From an uncultured Eubacteriales bacterium (lineage in GTDB: Bacteria; Bacillota; JAAYKD01): DNA of 64,000 bases. Each line of letters opens with the position of its first letter. Position 1 is the first letter of the stretch. Positions 57,280-64,000 of the stretch are shown piece by piece. The stretch lies in the NCBI GenBank assembly GCA_964425745.1, contig CAYRNW010000012.1, forward strand, positions 250 through 64,249, written 5' to 3'. A program made the position numbers and the translations under genes. The notes under the pieces were generated by a model. The model made no database searches and had not been told where the DNA came from. It saw only the letters and a list, made by a program, of their open reading frames with translations.

Positions 57280-58816
57280 GTTGGTCCCCCCTTACTTGGT
57301 CAAGTTTCTGTCCGGTCATCAGTAACCCCAGCATCTCTTTGGTGGCTTCCTCAGCGGGTAAAACGGCTTGAACTTTGCCGTCAAATAACACCATGATGCG
57401 GTCACACAATTCCAACAAGACATCTAAATCTTCCCCGATGAATAGCACTGCTACCCCGCGGGCTTTTTGTTCGTTCAGCAAATGATAAATCGTGTAGGAG
57501 GAATTGATGTCCAACCCTCGCACCGGGTAAGCGGTAATCAATACATTGGGTTGGGATTCGATTTCTCTACCCAGTAAAACTTTTTGTACATTACCGCCCG
57601 AAAGTTTTCGCACGGGGGTCTCGGTATCGGGAGTAATAATCCCTAGGCGTTGAATCAAGGACAGCGCTTGATCTTTGGCGGGTTTGCGATTCACAATTGG
57701 TCCTTTGGCATCACGATACGTTTTGAGCAGCATATTATCGGTCATGCCCATGGAAGCGACCAAACCCATGCCAAGGCGATCTTCCGGAACAAAACTCATA
57801 CTGATACCCAAGCGTATGATTTCATCGGGAGTTTTACCAACGATATTTTGCTTGTAGTAAAGAATCGCACCCTTTTCCACCTTGTGTAATCCGGCCATGG
57901 CTTCGCAGAGCTCTTTTTGTCCGCTTCCAGCAATCCCAGCAACGCCTAAGATCTCGCCTTTGCGCAAATCAAAATTGACGTCTTTCAACGCCTCAATCCC
58001 TTCCGCATTGCGCACTCCCAAATGTACGATTTCAAGAATCGGTTCCGATTTCTCGGTAACCGGTCGTTCAATCGATAAATCTACTGCGCGACCGACCATG
58101 AGTTCCGTCAACTCGGCCGCGGTTGTTTCCGATGTTATGACCGTGGCTACGCTTTCACCTTTACGCAAAACAGCCACCCGGTCGCTGACTTCCATAACTT
58201 CATTCAGCTTATGGGTAATGATGATAATCGAATTCCCTTCGTCACGCATACGACGAATAATCGCGAATAGCTTCTGACTCTCTTGGGGGGTAAGAACCGC
58301 TGTTGGTTCATCCAAGACCAGAACTTTTGCTCCGCGATATAAAACTTTGACGATTTCTACCGTCTGCTTCTCGCTGACGGACATGTCATATACTTTTTTA
58401 TTGGGGTCTACTTCTAACCCGAAGTGTTCACTGATGCTTCGTACCTTTTCTGCGAGGACTTTGGTACTTTGTCCTTGTGTGCGGGTCCCTAAAACAATAT
58501 TTTCGGTAGCTGTTAAATTCTCCACCAGTTTGTAATGTTGGTGGATCATACCGATGCCCAATGATAAGGCATCTTGGGGGGAAACGATATGCACCTCTTG
58601 TCCATAAACAAAAACAGAACCGCTGTCGGGGTGATAAATCCCCGACAGCATGTTCATGAGCGTGGTTTTGCCCGAGCCGTTTTCTCCCAGTAGCGCAAGT
58701 ATCTCGCCCGGCCTTACGGTTAGGTCTATATTTTTGTTTGCGACAACGGTGCCGAAGGATTTGTTAATACCTTTGAGTTCAATTGCATTAACAAGCTTGG
58801 CCTGCCCTTTCTCCAT
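57260..58816 (-). CDS. Nucleoside/sugar ABC transporter ATP-binding protein (two ABC domains)
   Basis: GENGSGKT, LDEPTAVL, VPEDR, LSGGNVQK. Confidence 0.93.
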   Translation of the reverse strand: MEKGQAKLVNAIELKGINKSFGTVVANKNIDLTVRPGEILALLGENGSGKTTLMNMLSGIYHPDSGSVFVYGQEVHIVSPQDALSLGIGMIHQHYKLVENLTATENIVLGTRTQGQSTKVLAEKVRSISEHFGLEVDPNKKVYDMSVSEKQTVEIVKVLYRGAKVLVLDEPTAVLTPQESQKLFAIIRRMRDEGNSIIIITHKLNEVMEVSDRVAVLRKGESVATVITSETTAAELTELMVGRAVDLSIERPVTEKSEPILEIVHLGVRNAEGIEALKDVNFDLRKGEILGVAGIAGSGQKELCEAMAGLHKVEKGAILYYKQNIVGKTPDEIIRLGISMSFVPEDRLGMGLVASMGMTDNMLLKTYRDAKGPIVNRKPAKDQALSLIQRLGIITPDTETPVRKLSGGNVQKVLLGREIESQPNVLITAYPVRGLDINSSYTIYHLLNEQKARGVAVLFIGEDLDVLLELCDRIMVLFDGKVQAVLPAEEATKEMLGLLMTGQKLDQVRGDQHASTKS

Positions 58817-58832
58817 CACGCACTTCCTTTTC

Positions 58833-58870
58833 TATAACTCTTATTGAACAATATAACTCTTATTGAACAA
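58833..58870. repeat. Perfect 19-bp tandem duplication spanning the BMP gene stop codon
   Basis: TATAACTCTTATTGAACAA occurs twice, head to tail. Confidence 0.9.
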
Positions 58871-60002
58871 TGATATTGGATACAAACCACATCATGGAGT
58901 CAACGCCTTCGCGGTCCAGAACTTCGCCTTCGGCTACAGCAACGTTTCCTTCGTTATCGGTAATCGGGCCGGAGAAAACAACCAAAGAGCCGTCTAAAAT
59001 CGCCTCTTTGGCGGCATTGACTTGTTCTTCGGTACCTTCGGCACAATTTTCGGTTAAGGGAGAAAGATTGACTAAGCCATCTTTCATGTTGCCAAAGTAG
59101 TTATCGGGAGCCCAAGTGCCATCGATAACCGCTTGCACGGAATCGGTATAGAAACCACTCCAGTCCCAAACCGGTGCGGTCATATGGGCTGCAGGAGCAT
59201 CTTCGGTCATATCAACATGGTAACCAATGCTGAATACACCGCGTTCTTGAGCGGCAATTTGCGGCATGGTGGTATCTTGATGTTGAGCAATGACATCGCA
59301 ACCCTTGTCTAACAAGGAGATGGCAGCCGATTTTTCAAGATCCGGGTTGAACCAAGTTTGAGTTTCGGTGAAGAGGATCTCAGCATCCGGGTTCACAGAA
59401 GCTACACCTAAAGCAAAGGCATTGGCGCCGGAAATAACTTCAGGATTTTTGTATGCGCCGACATAACCAATTTTGTTGGTTTCGGTTTTCAAACCGGCAG
59501 CAATACCGGAAAGGTAACGGGCGTCATTGATTGCGCCGAAATAGTTATTGAAATTGATACCGTTGTTTTTGTAACCGGAGCAATGAGAGAAGATGATTTC
59601 CGGATATTCTTCTGCCATTTCTTCCATATAATCCATGTAACCCCAACTGTTTGCGAAGATGATTTGGCAACCGGCTTCAACGAGTTCACGTAAAGCGGTT
59701 TCGCAGGCACTGTCTTCGGTGATGAATTCTTTTTTGATAACCTGGCTATCGTCCAATTCCAAGGTTGCTTGCATAGCCAGCATTCCTTGATCATGAGAAT
59801 AGGTCCAGCCTTTATCGGTAGCAGAACCAATGTAGATGATACCAACTTTTAAGTCTTCTTTGGCGACCGGGGCAAATCCGGTTTCTTCCGGTTGCGGATC
59901 GGGAGTCGGAGTTGGTGTCGGAGCAGGTTGGTTACAGCCGGTTAAGGCTAAGACCGTCATCAACGCCAGGGCAAGAATCAGTAATTTGGATAATTTTTTC
60001 AT
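58860..60002 (-). CDS. BMP family ABC substrate-binding lipoprotein (purine nucleoside, PnrA-like)
   Basis: Lipobox LTGC; DKGWTYSHDQG, FANSWG, KIGYVG, DVIAQH. Confidence 0.9.
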   Translation of the reverse strand: MKKLSKLLILALALMTVLALTGCNQPAPTPTPTPDPQPEETGFAPVAKEDLKVGIIYIGSATDKGWTYSHDQGMLAMQATLELDDSQVIKKEFITEDSACETALRELVEAGCQIIFANSWGYMDYMEEMAEEYPEIIFSHCSGYKNNGINFNNYFGAINDARYLSGIAAGLKTETNKIGYVGAYKNPEVISGANAFALGVASVNPDAEILFTETQTWFNPDLEKSAAISLLDKGCDVIAQHQDTTMPQIAAQERGVFSIGYHVDMTEDAPAAHMTAPVWDWSGFYTDSVQAVIDGTWAPDNYFGNMKDGLVNLSPLTENCAEGTEEQVNAAKEAILDGSLVVFSGPITDNEGNVAVAEGEVLDREGVDSMMWFVSNIIVQ

Positions 60003-60051
60003 TCTTTGAGTTCCTCCTTCGAAATGTTGGCTTTGGGGTGGATTAGATTTT

Positions 60052-60639
60052 CTATTTCACAGCATTATCTTGGTGAAAGAGAACGCTACCGTTCTCAATT
60101 GCCGCAATAATGGCTAATGAACAAAGGGGTATGCCCATTTCTCTTAATTTTTTTCCACCGTCTTGGAATCCTTTTTCAATCGCGATACCGACTCCCACCA
60201 GTTGGGCCCCGGCTTGATCCACTAAATCTTTGAGTCCTAAGACGGCGTTTCCCGATGCCAGGAAATCATCGATGATTAAAATTCGATCATCTGCCTGCAA
60301 AAAATCTTTGGAAACACTGATCTCAGTAGATTTGCCACGCGTATAAGAGAAAATTTCGCTCCGGTAGACGTTACTTCCTTGGGTCCGGACTTGACCTTTT
60401 TTGGCATAGACGACCGGCACTCGGAAGACCAAGGCAGCCATACAAGCAAGAGCGATACCCGAGGCTTCCGCTGTGAGAATTCTCGTTACTTGTTTGTCAC
60501 CAAAATACCGATAAAACTCTTCTCCCAATTGGGCTAAAAGTCCCACATCGATTTGATGATTTAAAAACATATCTACCTTGACAATGTCATGATCTACCAC
60601 CTGCGCACTGTGGCGAATGCGTTCCTCCAGAAGTTTCAT
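60052..60639 (-). CDS. xpt: Xanthine phosphoribosyltransferase
   Basis: KVDMFLNHQ, TAEASGIA, YSYT, IIDDFLASG. Confidence 0.95.
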   Translation of the reverse strand: MKLLEERIRHSAQVVDHDIVKVDMFLNHQIDVGLLAQLGEEFYRYFGDKQVTRILTAEASGIALACMAALVFRVPVVYAKKGQVRTQGSNVYRSEIFSYTRGKSTEISVSKDFLQADDRILIIDDFLASGNAVLGLKDLVDQAGAQLVGVGIAIEKGFQDGGKKLREMGIPLCSLAIIAAIENGSVLFHQDNAVK

Positions 60640-60679
60640 ACGTCAGCTTCCCTTTCTTGTTGGCAAGAATCTACTTTTT

Positions 60680-60759
60680 ATTGTAACAGATAAACCAAAA
60701 ATTTCAAGTATCTTGGTAATTTTTCCGAATGTTTTTTTGCTTTCTAACGAAAATGTTCG
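60680..60759 (-). promoter_or_regulatory. xpt promoter with an upstream PurBox-like inverted pair
   Basis: TTGAAA-16-TGnTACAAT on the minus strand; CCGAATGTT (60725-) and AATGTTCG (60752-60759). Confidence 0.55.
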
Positions 60760-60824
60760 CGAAAAAGCGCCCTCCTACCAAAGGCGGCAAAAGGGCGCCT
60801 TATTCCTTGAGAAAGATTGGCAAA

Positions 60825-62168
60825 TTAGAAGGTTGTATTACCGGTAAAGGTGAAGTCACGAATCTTCATAGCCGGGACCAACATGGTGAAGGTAAACCAC
60901 CAGTCCTTGACCAGATACTGCTGTTTACTCAAACTGTCAACATTGGCAAAGACGCGGATCATGCTGTCGGTGTAGCGTAAGTTTTTCAAACGAGCCACGA
61001 TTTCACCATTTTCAATCAAGAAGGTGCCGTCGCGGGTGGTTCCGGTTGCAATAACCTGCATCGGTTCTGGGCAGTGGGTATAATGGAACCGAGTTACGTA
61101 GACGCCTCGTTTGGTATTGCGAATCATCTCTTCAATAGAAGATTGTCCGGGAGCGATGATCAAATGGCTGGGATTCGGTCCACCACGACGGCCTTGGGTT
61201 GCATGTCCGGTGCTTTCTTTACCGGCTCGCACTGCTGTGGCGTGGTCGAATACCACTCCTTTAGCAATCCCGTTTTCAATAATCATCACTTTTTGCTTTG
61301 GCATGCCTTCGGCATCCATTGGCATAGGAATATGTCTAGCATCATAGGCATCATCGTATACCGTAACTTTTTCGTCGAAAACCTGTTGACCCATGGATTT
61401 CGCCATAAAGGAACGGCCATCGAGGAACGATTGACCTTGGAAAGCGATATAGCCCGGGAAACGAATCAAGTCTGCGACCGCTTGCGGTTCAAAAATAGTA
61501 TCATAACTGCCGAGCTCTAACGTAAGACTTTCTTCGGCTTTGAGTTTGGATTTCCATAATGCATCTTTGGCGACTGCAACAAAATCGATGTCACGAACAT
61601 CGGTTGCCATCGCTTCGGAATATCCGGTTTGTAAACCATTGGCCATAATGCTACGGATACGCAGGTTATTGCCGGCATGATATGCCATAACCCCTTTGGA
61701 GTTGGCCACTGCAATACTTCTCAATTCATTGGAGAAGGAACCCGATGCATCGACATGATTGACTTTGGCGACATCAATCATGGAAGCGACTAAATCAGCG
61801 CGGTCCATGTCACTCAAGTTTAAGGTGTTCAAATTGATACCATCAATTTCGCGAATCGGTTTCGGATCCGGCAACGAGACCAAATTAGGATTCGGCTTAA
61901 CAAAACTAGCATTATGCATCGCATCGGCTACACCTTTGCGTAAAGAGGCTTCGTCCAAGCTATTGACAGTTGCGATACCGACTCGATTCTGATGAATGAC
62001 TTTGATCTCAACAGAATAGGTCTCGCGGAACAAATGCTGGTGAATCCAGTTATTGTTGAACCGGGTTTGGCATAAATCTTCGCTTTGCAAAACAACTTGA
62101 GTCTCATCGGCAGTTGAAGCCTGTAAGACGGTTTTTAGAATTTTCTCTGCTTGTTCTCGTTGAATCAT
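60825..62168 (-). CDS. pmbA: TldD/PmbA family protein, PmbA(TldE)-like partner
   Basis: TRFNNNWIHQ, FEPQAV, DAEGMPK, TGHA, TRDGTFLIENGEI; lacks the HExxxH motif. Confidence 0.85.
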   Translation of the reverse strand: MIQREQAEKILKTVLQASTADETQVVLQSEDLCQTRFNNNWIHQHLFRETYSVEIKVIHQNRVGIATVNSLDEASLRKGVADAMHNASFVKPNPNLVSLPDPKPIREIDGINLNTLNLSDMDRADLVASMIDVAKVNHVDASGSFSNELRSIAVANSKGVMAYHAGNNLRIRSIMANGLQTGYSEAMATDVRDIDFVAVAKDALWKSKLKAEESLTLELGSYDTIFEPQAVADLIRFPGYIAFQGQSFLDGRSFMAKSMGQQVFDEKVTVYDDAYDARHIPMPMDAEGMPKQKVMIIENGIAKGVVFDHATAVRAGKESTGHATQGRRGGPNPSHLIIAPGQSSIEEMIRNTKRGVYVTRFHYTHCPEPMQVIATGTTRDGTFLIENGEIVARLKNLRYTDSMIRVFANVDSLSKQQYLVKDWWFTFTMLVPAMKIRDFTFTGNTTF

Positions 62169-63601
62169 TCACCAACACCTACCTTTACATTACGGAATCG
62201 AACTTGGGCTGCACCATGACCGGGATGAACCACTTGCACCGGTTCCCCTTTCGCACAATTGGTATTCCCCCAGACTTCCCATTCACCTTTCTCTTTTCCG
62301 GCTACAGCATCACAAGAGCCCCAGAATTCGGGAGTGATGGCTGTATAGGCTGGGTTTTTGACCATGCGGACGATTTCGCCATCTTTGATTTCATAGGCGA
62401 TCTCACCACCGAAGTGGAAGTTGACTCGTTTATCATCCAGAGACCAACTCTTGGGTGTGTCTACCAAAACACCTTCTTTGGTGTCGCGGATCATTTCTTC
62501 TTCAGACCAATCTCCGGGTTCTAAATTGATGTTGGTCATTCGAATCAAGGGGATGTTGGCCCAATTCATAGCAATATTGGTACCGTTGGAGGTGAGTCCA
62601 AAATTGCCGGCGGTCTCGCGGGAGGTCAAATAATTCTTAAAGATGCCCTTATCTACAATGGTTGTGCGTTGAGCAGGAACACCATCGTCATCGTAGAAAA
62701 ACGAGCCATTTCCACCTTCGATCGTGGCATCAGCAGTCATGTTGACCACGTCGGAACCATAGCGATATCCTTTTCCATAGAGGTCGGGTGTCAAAAAGCT
62801 CTTTCCGGCATAGGTATCTTCCGAACCCAAAACGCGGTCCAGTTCAATGGGATGGCCACAGGATTCGTGCACTTGCAGCTGGGCAATGTCCCCACCCAAG
62901 ATGAGGGTGGTTCGGCCTTTGGGGCATTCGGGAGCTTTCAACAACTCGGCTGCTTCTTTCGCCAGCTTAGACGCCCTTGGCACTAAATCCAGCATTTCAA
63001 TGGTTTCGTATCCGGCTGAGCGGCCGTTGGCATAGGAGCGACGTTGAACATCGCCTTCACCTCTGGCATACGCTTCAATATTGGCACCGGTGCGAGTGAT
63101 TTCCTGTTCAATCCAGGAGCCTTCGCTGCTGGCAAAAGTCTTTTCCATATTCTGCATGGTGATCATCCCGGATGTGACTTTGATTTCCGGAACTTGGACC
63201 ATGGCATCGTGGCATTGACGCAATAAAGCACTCATGTCGTCGACCGAAACCTTGAAAGGATCTTGCACGACTTTGACTTTTTTGCAATCTTCTACCGGGG
63301 TCAAGGGGGTTAACTCAATATCTCTGATTTTACAACGAGCACTGGCTTTGGCAATGGAGATGGCTCTCTTGACCGCAACCTCTAAGTCCTTGGGATCATG
63401 GCTGGGCGTTGAAGCAAAGCCCCAGCCTCCGTCCACAATCACGCGAATCCCATAACCCTTGTCCTCGCTGACCGTAAAGTGGTCCACTTGTCCGTTGCGC
63501 ATGACCAAGGGGCGACTCATCTGCTTGGTATACCGAACATCGGCATACGTAGCACCCAGTCGCTTGGCCAGCGCCAGAATCTCTTGAATTTGATCTTTCA
63601 T
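62165..63601 (-). CDS. tldD: TldD family metalloprotease
   Basis: YADVR, GYGIRV..GGWGFAS, HESCGHPIELDR (HExxxH), RMTN, CAKGEP; ATG 63601 follows GGAGG. Confidence 0.92.
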   Translation of the reverse strand: MKDQIQEILALAKRLGATYADVRYTKQMSRPLVMRNGQVDHFTVSEDKGYGIRVIVDGGWGFASTPSHDPKDLEVAVKRAISIAKASARCKIRDIELTPLTPVEDCKKVKVVQDPFKVSVDDMSALLRQCHDAMVQVPEIKVTSGMITMQNMEKTFASSEGSWIEQEITRTGANIEAYARGEGDVQRRSYANGRSAGYETIEMLDLVPRASKLAKEAAELLKAPECPKGRTTLILGGDIAQLQVHESCGHPIELDRVLGSEDTYAGKSFLTPDLYGKGYRYGSDVVNMTADATIEGGNGSFFYDDDGVPAQRTTIVDKGIFKNYLTSRETAGNFGLTSNGTNIAMNWANIPLIRMTNINLEPGDWSEEEMIRDTKEGVLVDTPKSWSLDDKRVNFHFGGEIAYEIKDGEIVRMVKNPAYTAITPEFWGSCDAVAGKEKGEWEVWGNTNCAKGEPVQVVHPGHGAAQVRFRNVKVGVGE

Positions 63602-63715
63602 CCTCTTCCTCCCTTTCATTTTATCTACTTCCAAATATTATGCGGTCTTTTGCTCACCCACCCGCGATTTTTCAAGGTAGGGACAGTCCCCTCCTTGAAA
63701 AATCCCAGCAGAAGA

Positions 63716-63783
63716 GCGAAAAGTTTCCTGCAGGGCGACTTTTGACCGAAGGTCAACTTGAGCCCGAAAGGATCTTTGAGCGC
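63716..63783. repeat. Dispersed ~65-bp palindromic element, copy 2
   Basis: GCGAAAAG-TTTCC-TGCA-GGGCGA-CTTT-TGACC-GAA-GGTCA-ACT-TGAGCCC-GAAAG-GAT-CTTT; colinear with the minus strand of 26612-26674. Confidence 0.7.
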
Positions 63784-64000
63784 TTACTCTCCTACACCAA
63801 TTTTAATGTTGCGGAAACGAGCCGGAGCAACGCCGTGACCGGGACCAATGGATTGAATTGGTTCTCCTTTGGCACAGCTGATACTACCCCAGATATCCCA
63901 TTCACCTTTGGCTTTACCCGCAACCGCGTCACAGGATCCCCAGAATTCAGGAGTCAATGCGGTGTAGGCTGCATTTTTCAAGGGTCTGGTAATCTCTCCA
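63784..64000 (-). CDS. tldD: Second TldD family protein, C-terminal fragment (gene starts beyond the right edge)
   Basis: GEITRPLKNAAYTALTPEFWGSCDAV...CAKGEP...GHG...RFRNIKIGVGE, paralogous to the C-terminus of 62165..63601. Confidence 0.88.
   Translation of the reverse strand, partial: GEITRPLKNAAYTALTPEFWGSCDAVAGKAKGEWDIWGSISCAKGEPIQSIGPGHGVAPARFRNIKIGVGE

Overview
Chromosomal window from a low-GC Gram-positive bacterium (Bacillota, Clostridia-like; inferred from sigma-A promoters, the purR-rplY-pth-mfd-prsA-yabM-mazG-divIC gene order and the riboswitch types). 1-20.2 kb (minus strand) is an intact, apparently unannotated surface-fibre locus. It has two SipW-type signal peptidases, two small TasA/camelysin-like subunits, a membrane-anchored Pro-rich protein ending in a subunit-like domain, and two tandem giant Ig-like repeat proteins (2548 aa, and >2580 aa running off the window and missing from the ORF track). 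The giant proteins carry the same SipW-type cleavage motif as the small subunits. Two c-di-GMP-I riboswitches control the locus. 20.3-26.8 kb is a type IV pilus operon in decay, followed by an AraC gene. 26.9-33.4 kb holds three tRNAs, an ABC importer behind a Tyr/Phe-rich leader-peptide attenuator, and divIC-yabO-mazG-yabM. 33.5-43.2 kb holds a his operon with a long His-rich leader attenuator and a deletion fusing hisZ to hisD (hisG absent), then a TPP-riboswitch thiamine salvage operon. 43.3-64 kb is mostly housekeeping: prsA, mfd, pth, rplY, purR, M20 hydrolase, ispE, prepilin peptidase, TDT transporter, BMP-type nucleoside ABC system, xpt, and pmbA-tldD-tldD. No CRISPR array, integrase or transposase was seen. 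All family assignments come from motif recognition by eye; no database search was run.
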